DNA from: a virus
Strand: one strand, 5' to 3'
Length of the DNA: 64,000 bases
IMG/VR virus record: IMGVR_UViG_3300045010_000308
Span: 9,057 to 73,056 of that record
Below, in pieces: positions 45,096-54,018 of the stretch (positions are counted from its first letter, which is position 1; every line of letters begins with the position of its first letter). The notes under the pieces are model-generated. The model ran no database searches, was not told the DNA's origin, and saw only the letters and a program-made list of their open reading frames with translations. The translations under genes were made by a program, and so were the position numbers.

Positions 45096-46142
45096 TCAGG
45101 ACGTCGGGTCCTCCGTGGAGGCGATGATGAAGTCGATCGCGTTGTCCTCGTTGTAGTCCACGTTGCCGGGGACGTTGTACGCGGTCGTCGAGCCCTGCGA
45201 CGTGAAGTCGGTGACCAAGCGGCCGTTGGCGTAGACCTCGGCGGTGCCGGAGTCCGCGGCCGAGGCGATCGTCCCCGACGCCGGCGTCGTGTAGGTGAAC
45301 GTGCTGGTCGTCGGCGTGCCCGTGATCGTGAACGTCCCGTTGAGCGCCGTCGCGGTCAGGCCTTCGACGACTACCGTGTCGCCGACCTCGAACTCGTGCG
45401 TCCCGCTGACCGTGAGCGTCGCGGTCGTGCCCGCGCGCGCGACGTTCGTGACCGCCTCGACGAGGTCGCCGTGCCACGAGTAGAAGCCCTTGCGGCCGGT
45501 CGGTGCCCACGAGGAGCGAGCGTACGAGTACGCGCGCTCTGTCGCGACGGCGAACTCCCAGCGGTCATCGAGGCCGTTGCCGAAGCCGACGTTGCCGAGG
45601 CCGTAGCCCTCGAACGTCGTCGCGAGCATGCCGTTCTCGATCACGCGGTCGCCGGACTGGCGAAGCTTGCAGTACGGGAACACCCAGTGGAAGTACGGGC
45701 GTGTCGCGGCGCGCCGGCCGTCGCTCACGGCGAACGACCAGCACTCGATCGCGACGCCGAAGCCGGACGGGTCGTCGCCGACCGCCGGAGCCGACCAGCC
45801 GATGCTCTGGCGGTCTGGCGCGGCGAACGTGCCGAGGTTCTTGCGGAGGAGCAAGCCGCCCGAGATGAGCTGCGTCAGCTCCGGGTCTGGCTCGCAGATC
45901 GCGAGCTCCATCGTGATGCGCTTGAAGGTGTTCGGCGCCTTGTACGACACGCAGATCGTGCCGTCGGCCGACTTCTCGGTGATTTCGTCGCCTTCTTCGT
46001 ACTCAGGCGTGAACGACATGCGCATGAACGCCGATGTCGTGTAGCTGTCGCCGTCGTTGTTGAGCAGGTTGCCCGACGCGTCTAGCCGCGTGACGCGGAT
46101 CGAGACGCCTTGGATGCTTGCCGCGTAGTCTTGTGTTGCCAT
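45096..46142 (-). CDS. major tail protein with C-terminal beta-domain extension
   Basis: IRVTRLD..YEEGDEITEKSADGTICV..LAICEPDPEL..GVAIECWS..YFHWVFP; AAGGAG SD. Confidence 0.8.
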   Translation of the reverse strand: MATQDYAASIQGVSIRVTRLDASGNLLNNDGDSYTTSAFMRMSFTPEYEEGDEITEKSADGTICVSYKAPNTFKRITMELAICEPDPELTQLISGGLLLRKNLGTFAAPDRQSIGWSAPAVGDDPSGFGVAIECWSFAVSDGRRAATRPYFHWVFPYCKLRQSGDRVIENGMLATTFEGYGLGNVGFGNGLDDRWEFAVATERAYSYARSSWAPTGRKGFYSWHGDLVEAVTNVARAGTTATLTVSGTHEFEVGDTVVVEGLTATALNGTFTITGTPTTSTFTYTTPASGTIASAADSGTAEVYANGRLVTDFTSQGSTTAYNVPGNVDYNEDNAIDFIIASTEDPTS

Positions 46143-46179
46143 TGTGAGGATGCTCCTTGGTGGCTAGTTCGTTGCTATT

Positions 46180-47046
46180 TTACGCTGCCAGGTTGACCCT
46201 GACCGCTAGGTGCACGCTCGTGCTGAAGTACACCGCCGCGGGCCTGATCGCCTTGATCTTCATGTCGTTCTGGTTTCCGCTGACGTTGTACGCCTGCGAG
46301 AAGTTGTCGTTGACGACGTCTACCTCGCCTACGTACGTCTTCACCGAGCCAGTCGCGTATATCCACTTGTTCGTGTCCGTGGCCGCGGCGTTCGCGTCGC
46401 CGTCTGGGCCGACTCCGGTGTACCCTGAGCCGACCACGACCGGAGTGCCCGAGATCGTCTGGATGTAGTCGTCGCCTCGAAAGATCACGAAGTCACTCGA
46501 GAGCAGCGACGCGACGTCGCGCGTGATGTGGATCACTCCACGCTCTCCGACCGGCGAGGTGTCTGCGATCTTGTGGTCAAGAAGCGCGAGCGCTCTCACC
46601 GCGGACAGAGCCGCACCGGCGTTGAGGACGGTCGCGGACGAGCTGGACAGCGCTCGGTTGTCGTGGGTCTCGCCCTTGCGGACGGGGCCGACCCAGAGCT
46701 CGCGCTCGACCGCTTTTTCTGTCACCGCCTCGACCTGGCGCTTCAGTCGAGCGAACCGGTCGACGGCGAGGAAGCCGAGCGTCGACAGCGTGTCTTCGAC
46801 CTCGATGAAGAACGGCTTGATCTCCGCGTACCGAGTCGGAGTCGCGTTCGTCGTGAGAGTGCTGCTCGTGGTGTCGGTGTCGTCGAACAACTTCGCCGAG
46901 TACAGCGTCGAGTCCCACTCCTGCGAGAACCCGCGGATCCACCTGTCTTCGTCTACTGAACTTTCCGGCTTTGCGACACAGAAGATGCCGTACTTCGGAA
47001 GCGATATCTCTGGCGCTTCTACGACTCCGTTTGCTGGAAAAGCCAT
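46180..47046 (-). CDS. second capsid protein (major capsid pentamer-like)
   Basis: 288 aa directly after the MCP; KAVERELW, GVIH, GTPVVVGSGY, WIYATG, as in cluster-B-like actinophage capsid gene pairs. Confidence 0.6.
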   Translation of the reverse strand: MAFPANGVVEAPEISLPKYGIFCVAKPESSVDEDRWIRGFSQEWDSTLYSAKLFDDTDTTSSTLTTNATPTRYAEIKPFFIEVEDTLSTLGFLAVDRFARLKRQVEAVTEKAVERELWVGPVRKGETHDNRALSSSSATVLNAGAALSAVRALALLDHKIADTSPVGERGVIHITRDVASLLSSDFVIFRGDDYIQTISGTPVVVGSGYTGVGPDGDANAAATDTNKWIYATGSVKTYVGEVDVVNDNFSQAYNVSGNQNDMKIKAIRPAAVYFSTSVHLAVRVNLAA

Positions 47047-47082
47047 CTGGTTCCTCTATGTGCGTGCGGTTGCTTTTGCCAG

Positions 47083-47146
47083 GGCGCGACCTCCCCGCGG
47101 CGGGGGCCGGTCAGATTTCTCCGGCCCCCGCTTGAGGTGTCGCGCC
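47083..47146 (-). terminator. long GC-rich stem-loop between the two capsid genes
   Basis: Perfect 11-bp stem GCGGGGGCCGG/CCGGCCCCCGC (47100-47131), extended by GGCGCGAC/GTCGCGCC; no U-tract. Confidence 0.6.
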
Positions 47147-47157
47147 GTCAAGTTTGG

Positions 47158-49032
47158 TTAGAACTCGATGGCTGCGGCCGCGGCACCGCCGGTCGTGTCA
47201 CGGAGGGCTGCCGCCACGCCGTTGACCGAGATCGTCGATGTGACCGCCAGGGACTCGATGCCGACGAACGCGACGCCTTCGAAGGTCTCAACGAACATCT
47301 TGTAGTCGTTGGTCCCGACGAGTGTCGAGTCGCGGATGATGCCCAGGTCCAGGGTACCGCCGTCGAGGAACAGGAAGCTGCCCTCGGGGAAGAGGTACCA
47401 CGTGAACGAGTCGGTGAACTCGATGAGCGCACCGGCTGACTGGCTGGCGTACACGTTCTGGTCCGGCGTGAACGTCACGTTCACTCCGCGGGCCGAGAGG
47501 TAGCCCTCGACTTCGCGGGTCGCGGCGTTGATCGTGCCGTCGCCAGGCATGTTGAGCGTGAGGTCAGCGACCATCGCGTCCTTCACCCAGTGCGGCGCGA
47601 TCATGCGCAGCGGCGCGTCCGGCGCCATGCGGTGCCGTGAGCGGAACGCCGTGCAAGCGCGGCCGACGTTGACGAGCATGTCGCGAGCGAAGCCCATGAG
47701 CGAGCTTGTCGTGACGGCCGTCGACGCGGCGCTGATCTTGCTGAGCAGGTACTGCTCCGCCTCGCGTGCGTGCTGGATCAGGCCGAGCTCGTTGTGACGA
47801 GCGATCAGCTCCGGGTACGCGCGCGTCATCAGGTTGCCGAACTGCAGCTGCAGCGTGACCGCGTCGGTCGCGACTGTGTTCTCCGCTGCGGCCGAAACCG
47901 TCAGGCTGGTCTTCGTGTCGGTGCCGGGGCTGGTGTCGATGGCGTTCGTCCACACACCGACCGCGTTGGCGTAGCTCGACAGCGTCGGCGGCGTGATGAA
48001 TCGGATGCCGCCGCGGTCTGCCGAGAACTTCGGCAGCGCGTCGCGCACGGGGCGCTCTGTCGTGCCGAGACCGAAGATCTCGTAGCGGACCTCGAAGGGA
48101 GCCGAGTGCCCGCCTGAGGCGACGAGGGCCTCAGGGCCTGCTACGGCCTGGACCTTCGCCCAGTTGGCTTCGGCGTCCTGCGTGAGGATGCGCTCTTCCG
48201 GGTAGGTGGTGCTGAACGACGCAACGATGTGCTGCTCGCCGTCACCGCCGTTGACGCGGCGAAGGCCGTGCAAGCGCTTGGCCATCGCTTCGGCAACTTC
48301 TGCCATGTCCTTGATCGGGCTGCCCGCGGTGTAGCCGGGGATGTCCGCGCCGGCTGTGATTGCGACCGGTGCGGGCTCCGACTTGATCTTGGGAGCGTGA
48401 TCAGCCGGGGCCTGGAAGGTTGTGACCTCCGCGACCTCGGTCTTCTCTTCGTTAGCTGCTGCGCTCACGACTGTTTTCTCCTGCGCCTGTGGCGCTGTTG
48501 TTGTTGTTGCTGTTGCTGGTTCTGTCACTGCAGCCTCGGCTCCGGCCTGGGCCTCGATGACCGCCTCCGCGGCAGGAGCTGCCGCGGCCTCGGCCACCGG
48601 CTTCGCCGGTGCTTCCGCTGTCTTGGCCGAAAGTTCGGCCGCTGCTTCAGTCGCTGTCGACGCTTCTGCCATCGGCATCGGAGCTTCCTCTTCCTTGTCC
48701 TCCTCGGCCGGCTCTTCGCCTGCCTCGGGGGCTTCGGCCTCGGGAGCCTCTTCGCCTTCTGGCATCTTTTCATGCGCGGCGGCGTTCTTGACTCGTGCGG
48801 CGGCTTCGGCTGCGCGCGCGGCAAGCTCTTGAGCCTGTGCCTCGCGACGCTTGGCCTCTGCGCGAACCGTGTCGAGCATGTCGGCGAGCTGCGTCATGTT
48901 GTCGACGGACTGAGGAGTCGGCTCTTCGCCCTCGACCTTCTCAAAAGTCGACAAGATCTCGTTCTGCAGGTCGGCAAGTTGCTCGTCCGACAGCTCGGTG
49001 ATCGTGTCGATCTGTGTCTTGATTTGGTCCAC
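47158..49032 (-). CDS. major capsid protein (hexamer type) with N-terminal scaffold domain
   Basis: 624 aa; acidic/Ala-rich coiled-coil N-terminus, ALVASGG, LPKFSADRGGI, FGNLMTRAYPE, LDLGIIRDSTL..NDY. Confidence 0.85.
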   Translation of the reverse strand: MDQIKTQIDTITELSDEQLADLQNEILSTFEKVEGEEPTPQSVDNMTQLADMLDTVRAEAKRREAQAQELAARAAEAAARVKNAAAHEKMPEGEEAPEAEAPEAGEEPAEEDKEEEAPMPMAEASTATEAAAELSAKTAEAPAKPVAEAAAAPAAEAVIEAQAGAEAAVTEPATATTTTAPQAQEKTVVSAAANEEKTEVAEVTTFQAPADHAPKIKSEPAPVAITAGADIPGYTAGSPIKDMAEVAEAMAKRLHGLRRVNGGDGEQHIVASFSTTYPEERILTQDAEANWAKVQAVAGPEALVASGGHSAPFEVRYEIFGLGTTERPVRDALPKFSADRGGIRFITPPTLSSYANAVGVWTNAIDTSPGTDTKTSLTVSAAAENTVATDAVTLQLQFGNLMTRAYPELIARHNELGLIQHAREAEQYLLSKISAASTAVTTSSLMGFARDMLVNVGRACTAFRSRHRMAPDAPLRMIAPHWVKDAMVADLTLNMPGDGTINAATREVEGYLSARGVNVTFTPDQNVYASQSAGALIEFTDSFTWYLFPEGSFLFLDGGTLDLGIIRDSTLVGTNDYKMFVETFEGVAFVGIESLAVTSTISVNGVAAALRDTTGGAAAAAIEF

Positions 49033-49147
49033 TGTCCCTCCTCGGGTCAGTCAAGTTGCGTAGCCGCGGGTGCTGACTACTGGGGATAGGTCAGGAAGAG
49101 GGACATGCGCAACAGCGCGCGGCGCTCACCTAGCGTCGACTATAGCA
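49033..49147 (-). promoter_or_regulatory. MCP promoter (TGCTATAGT, 49139-49147) and structured leader pairing with the SD
   Basis: Leader segment UGUCCCUCUUC (49095-49105) is complementary to GAGGAGGGACA (49033-49043), which lies directly before the GTG start. Confidence 0.55.
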
Positions 49148-49152
49148 CACCG

Positions 49153-49704
49153 TCAGGTGAGCAATCGCAGCATTTTCGACATCTCGGCCGACACCTCGCC
49201 TTGAGACATCACGTCGGTCCCCGTCCGGTACGTCGCGAGTTTTTGAGTCGCGATCTCTGCGTCATCGTCGCCGATCTTCTCGGCCACCCGCTCCATCATG
49301 TCCTCCATGAGGTCTCGAAGCACGGGCGGAAGGTCGCTGAACCGCACCTTCTGGGTGTCTAGGCCGAACGGCAGCGGCAGGTTGGCCATGACCTCGCCAA
49401 GAGCTCTCGCGGCCTCGCGCACGTTTTCAACGGAATCCGCGTTGAGAGCTCCCGTGTCGAGGCGTTGGAAGATCTTCTTGAGCTCCTGCGCGGCGGCGTA
49501 CGCCTGGGCGTAGTTTCCGGCGTCGTCGAGGTTTTCGGCCTCCTCGATCTTTTTCACCGCGCTGTCGAGGCCGGTCTTTCCGAGGTCTTCCTTGATCCTC
49601 GCGAGCACCTGCCGGAACTTTCCCTTCGCGTCGCGGGGCTGCGTCTTGCCAGAGATGTAGATCCCCTTGCGGCGAGCAAGCTCTTGCAAGTGCTTCTGGG
49701 CCAC
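49153..49704 (-). CDS. hypothetical helical head-region protein
   Basis: 183 aa between protease and MCP; QPRDAKGKF motif. Confidence 0.7.
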   Translation of the reverse strand: MAQKHLQELARRKGIYISGKTQPRDAKGKFRQVLARIKEDLGKTGLDSAVKKIEEAENLDDAGNYAQAYAAAQELKKIFQRLDTGALNADSVENVREAARALGEVMANLPLPFGLDTQKVRFSDLPPVLRDLMEDMMERVAEKIGDDDAEIATQKLATYRTGTDVMSQGEVSAEMSKMLRLLT

Positions 49705-49710
49705 GAAGTT

Positions 49711-52700
49711 TCAGCCCTCTTTCGCGCTCTTCGGGTTCGGCGCCCGCTTCCAGTCCGCCGGGAGGAGGCTGCTCTTGCCGAGCGCTCGTGCGCGCTTGGT
49801 GATGTGCCGGCGGACCTCTGCGCGGTCGGCCTCGCTCGCCCGAGCCGAGGCCGCGATCGCGACCTCCAGGTCAGCGGCGTTGCGGATCGGGTACGAGCCG
49901 TCGGGGAGCGCCTTGCCGGTCTTGGCGAGCTGCTTGCGGGCGCGCGGCGAGATGCCTGCGAGCTCGGCGGCCGGCCTCGCCGACGCGATCCGCGCGCGAA
50001 GCTCGTCGGTCGAGATGTCGTCTTCCTCGACGAACACAGACGCCGTCTTCCACTTGTCTGGGATCAGGTCTGCCTTCTTGAGCGCGCGAGCGCGCTTCAT
50101 GATGTGGCGGCGGATCGCGGCGCGCTTCGACGGCTTGCCGCGGCCGTAGGCCTGGATCGCGTTCTTGAGCTCCTCGACGTTGCGGATCGGGTACGAGCCG
50201 TCCGGCAGGGCCAGGCCCTCGCCGGCGAGCTTCTTGCGTTTTTCCATCGAGATGTAGCCCGCCTCGTCGTACCCTACGGCCGACGCGACGCGTGCGCCGA
50301 GCTCCTCGACCTGCGCGGCGAGGGCGGCCGCGCGCTCGGCCTTGGCCGACGCGAAGCGCGCCCTTGCGGCCTCTGCCTGCATCTCGAGCGGCGCCTTGAC
50401 GAGCTTCTCTACGTCTTCGATGCGCTTGTTGAGCGCCAAGACGGGGTCATCTGCCTTGAGCTTCGCGAGCGCCGCGGCGCCTGCGGCGACGAGCGCGTAG
50501 ACCTTGCCCGACGCCATCAGCGCGCGAGCGATCGGGAAGCCTGGGACGTTGACCTGGCACACCGCGACGAGCTCGAGCGCGCCGTGGATCGGGCGCCAGT
50601 CGCCTGACGGCGCCGAGGCGCGGATCGCTCGGACCTGCTCCGGTGTCGTGCCTGGGCGCAGCGCGCCTGCGACCCAGATGCCGTGCGAGTCTTCTCCGGC
50701 GTGGACGTCGGCGACCGCGGACGCGGTGTCGTCGTAGTGCTTCACGGCGTCGCGGGCGCTGGCCTCGAGCGGCGCGTGGCCTCCGGCGAGCGTGAGCTGC
50801 CCGACGGCGTAGTCCTGGCCGTCGTCGGCGCGGACGACACCGGTGTGGAAGTACGCGTACTTGCTTCGACTGCGCGGCGGCTTGGTGCCGGCGGTCATGC
50901 CGATGTGGTCGACGTTCCAGGCCGCGATGTGGCCGAACACGCGGCCGCCGTCGTCGATCGTCAGCGGCGTCGGCTTGCCGAGAGCGGGGTCTGTGAACCA
51001 CCCGGCCGGCGGCGTGACCGGGATCGACGCCGCGATCGCGCCGCAGGCGACGATCGCTTCTGCCGCGAGTGCGTCCACCTCTTCTGTGTACTCTCCGTCT
51101 GGGATCACGGTACCCTCCTGAGGCGCGTACTCGGCGTCCTCTGTTGCGTAGATCTTACATTGTTCGAACGCGGGCTTCGGCACGATCGTCACGGCCATCA
51201 CGCGGGCCTTCGTGATGCTGATCTTGTCTCCGCCGATCTTCTCGGACTTCTTGTCTTTGCCGGCCTCGTCGCTGGCCTTCTCAGAGTCGGCCTCGAACTG
51301 GTCGAGGTCGGCCGAGACGCCGCGCAGGAAGCCGAGCTTGACCAGGCGCTCTGCCTCGCGCCCGTACGGGCCGGAGTCGAACACGCCGGAGGCCTTGCCG
51401 ATCCCGTTGCTGGTGCGCTCCATCTTGTCGATGCGCCCGACCACGACGGAGCCGTTGTGCCCGTCGCCTGTCTTGACCTGCCACAGCAGCGGCAGCGGAA
51501 GCTCTCGCATCGAGATCGCGCCGCTGTGGAACTTCCGGCCGTCGCCGGACTCGACGTCCTCGGGGATGACGAGCGGGATGACGAACCCGCAGCCGCTCGA
51601 GCCGTCTGTGTACCCGCCCGCGACGACGACGCGGGGCAGCTTGTCGAACAGCTCCGCGCGCGAGGCCGAGAGCTCGATGTACCGGTCTTCAGGGACGATC
51701 GAGTCCGTCGAGAACAGCCTCTTCTTGCCCCAGCCGTACATCTGCCGGTGCAGGCGGTCGCCCGTCCACAGCCCGGTCGCCTCCTTGTGGCGCAGCGAGC
51801 AGTAGCCCTTCGCGCGGGGGCCCATGTACTTGGCGAGCTGGCGGAAGCAGCGCCTCCAGTCTCCCGGCGTGTTCCAGCGGATCTTGAGCGCGCCGCGCCC
51901 GTACAACCAGTACCTGCGAAGTTTCTCGGCGCCGCCGCGGTTGCGGTCGAGCCCGCCTTTCGCGACGAGCGCGCTCGCCGCGACCGAGCCGTCGACCTGC
52001 TGGAGGACGTCTCGGTACGACTCGTTGTCGAGCGCGACGACCGGCGGCGGTGTCGGCGACGACAGGTCGGCGAGGATCTGCGCGTCCTGCTCCCACTTGC
52101 CGTCGACGCGCTTGAACGTCATCGGAGACGGCATCGTCGTCGACTTCGGGATGATCGCGACGAGGTCGAACACCGCCTGCGGGTCGTCAGGTGAGACGAG
52201 CGCCAGGTACATCGGCGGCACGTCGCTCGTGTCAGGCGTGAGCGCGGTCCCGGGCCTCGGCGGAGCCGCGTACCTCTCCGCGCCGGCGGACGTGATCGGG
52301 CTGTAGTAGAGCGCGCTGTCTTTCTTGCGCTTGAAGAAGTCCTTGAGCATCGGGTGCTCTTTCGCGTCAAGGATCAGCTTCTTCCCGGACCTCTCTTCGA
52401 GTCCCTCGCGGTACTCGCTCGCCTCGGGAGTCGGAGCGTTGTCTCCGACGGGCTGCCGCGCCGCGGGCACCTCGACGGGAGCGGCCTGCTGCCTGTCGCG
52501 CGTCGACTTGACCCACGCCGGGTAGTCGTACAGGATCGTCCGCAGGTCGTCAGGCGTGAGCGCCGGGAGCGCGCCGGGGATGACCGCCTTCGGGCGGTCG
52601 ATCGGAGCGCGCGGCTGCCCGAGTATCCCCGTGGTGTCGAGGGGCGCCGTGTCTTGGTTGCCTCCCTCCTGGGCGACCGCCGCGTTCTTGTCGGCGTCTT

Positions 52701-54018
52701 CTTCTTTTTCGGTCAACTTCGCGGCGACGGTCACGCTCGTCCCGTTGTCGAGCAGCACCGTGACGTCTTGCGTCGACGGGTTGATGCCGGTGACCTTGCC
52801 CCGGCCGTTGTCCCGGTCGCCGCCGACGACGACTCGCGAACCCATCGCCGCGAAGCGCCCGCCCTTGTCGCGGACCTGGCTCCTCGCCTTCTCGGACCGC
52901 TCTTCTGGCGTGTACACGCCCGGCGTGTCGTCCGCCGAGTCTTCGAGCCCGGCCTCGCCGGCGGCCGTCATCGCCATCGCCATGTCGACCTCGCTCCAGT
53001 CGAGGTCGTCGAGCGCGAGGAGGACGAGCCGCGCCTCCTCCGCGTCGAGGTCGTCGGCGCGCACGGGCGTGAACGGCGCCGAGTGGAACCGCGCGCAGAC
53101 GACCATCGCGGAGTCGGCGTCGATCAAGACGTGGTCTTTCTCGGTGGTGTCGTACGGGTCGTCGAGCGCTCGGTCGTAGGACAAGATGTCGCCGTCGACC
53201 GTCCCGATGTCGTCCCAGCCGCCGCCGTCCCACACGAAGACCGCTCCGTCATGCTCGACCTTGTACACGCGGTCGATGCCGCTCCCGTCGAGTCGCACGC
53301 GTGCGACGAACTCAGGCCCGAACCCGTCTTCGCTCATCTCTTTCGCGAGCTTGAACGACTCGATGTCGCCGGCGTGAGCCGCCGCGTCGCCGTAGTCTTC
53401 GTACTCGGCGTAGTTCTCATCGACGACGACTCCGCCCGCGCGGACCGACTTTTTCTTCTTCTTGTTCTCGCGCTCGACGATCGCTCGGGCCCAGCGCCAC
53501 GCCGCGTCGCCGCCCCAGAGGGCCCACGCGATGCGGCCGGCAGACGGGTAGCCGTCCTGCCCCGGGCGGTACGCCTTGCCTTTCTTGTCGACCTCGTGCC
53601 TCGGGAAGTACTTCGCGATGTGGCGGACCTTCTTGATCCCGAGCTGGCCGCCGCGGGCGAGCGTGCGCGCGGTGTTGACTCCGACCGGCGTGCCGCCGCG
53701 GCCGTGCTCCTTGCGCCACGCGAGGCCGCGCTCGGCCTCGGCCCTCACCGCCGCGGGGATCGTGTACATGCGCCCCGCCGCCGCGACGACCGAGACGCTG
53801 AGGTCGGCGAGCGCTCCCGCGGCGAGGTCGGAGGCCGCGTCCGGCACGTCGATGTCTTGGTCGTCTGGGTCGAGAGACCAACCGTGAGCCGTCGCCAGAG
53901 CGGAGAAGTCGCCGACGTCGTCGACGATGTTGTGGCCGATGTCGATGACCACCCCGCGAGAGGACGTGGCGTCGACGAAGAGCGCGAACTGCCCGCTCAC
54001 GCCGTGGAGCTTAGTCAC
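49711..54018 (-). CDS. multi-domain capsid maturation protease polyprotein
   Basis: 1435 aa; protease-like core ESGDGR..LPLPLLWQ..GHNGSVVVGRI..LRGVSADLD; two ALPDGSYPIRN repeats; several discrete small domains. Confidence 0.75.
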   Translation of the reverse strand: MTKLHGVSGQFALFVDATSSRGVVIDIGHNIVDDVGDFSALATAHGWSLDPDDQDIDVPDAASDLAAGALADLSVSVVAAAGRMYTIPAAVRAEAERGLAWRKEHGRGGTPVGVNTARTLARGGQLGIKKVRHIAKYFPRHEVDKKGKAYRPGQDGYPSAGRIAWALWGGDAAWRWARAIVERENKKKKKSVRAGGVVVDENYAEYEDYGDAAAHAGDIESFKLAKEMSEDGFGPEFVARVRLDGSGIDRVYKVEHDGAVFVWDGGGWDDIGTVDGDILSYDRALDDPYDTTEKDHVLIDADSAMVVCARFHSAPFTPVRADDLDAEEARLVLLALDDLDWSEVDMAMAMTAAGEAGLEDSADDTPGVYTPEERSEKARSQVRDKGGRFAAMGSRVVVGGDRDNGRGKVTGINPSTQDVTVLLDNGTSVTVAAKLTEKEEDADKNAAVAQEGGNQDTAPLDTTGILGQPRAPIDRPKAVIPGALPALTPDDLRTILYDYPAWVKSTRDRQQAAPVEVPAARQPVGDNAPTPEASEYREGLEERSGKKLILDAKEHPMLKDFFKRKKDSALYYSPITSAGAERYAAPPRPGTALTPDTSDVPPMYLALVSPDDPQAVFDLVAIIPKSTTMPSPMTFKRVDGKWEQDAQILADLSSPTPPPVVALDNESYRDVLQQVDGSVAASALVAKGGLDRNRGGAEKLRRYWLYGRGALKIRWNTPGDWRRCFRQLAKYMGPRAKGYCSLRHKEATGLWTGDRLHRQMYGWGKKRLFSTDSIVPEDRYIELSASRAELFDKLPRVVVAGGYTDGSSGCGFVIPLVIPEDVESGDGRKFHSGAISMRELPLPLLWQVKTGDGHNGSVVVGRIDKMERTSNGIGKASGVFDSGPYGREAERLVKLGFLRGVSADLDQFEADSEKASDEAGKDKKSEKIGGDKISITKARVMAVTIVPKPAFEQCKIYATEDAEYAPQEGTVIPDGEYTEEVDALAAEAIVACGAIAASIPVTPPAGWFTDPALGKPTPLTIDDGGRVFGHIAAWNVDHIGMTAGTKPPRSRSKYAYFHTGVVRADDGQDYAVGQLTLAGGHAPLEASARDAVKHYDDTASAVADVHAGEDSHGIWVAGALRPGTTPEQVRAIRASAPSGDWRPIHGALELVAVCQVNVPGFPIARALMASGKVYALVAAGAAALAKLKADDPVLALNKRIEDVEKLVKAPLEMQAEAARARFASAKAERAAALAAQVEELGARVASAVGYDEAGYISMEKRKKLAGEGLALPDGSYPIRNVEELKNAIQAYGRGKPSKRAAIRRHIMKRARALKKADLIPDKWKTASVFVEEDDISTDELRARIASARPAAELAGISPRARKQLAKTGKALPDGSYPIRNAADLEVAIAASARASEADRAEVRRHITKRARALGKSSLLPADWKRAPNPKSAKEG

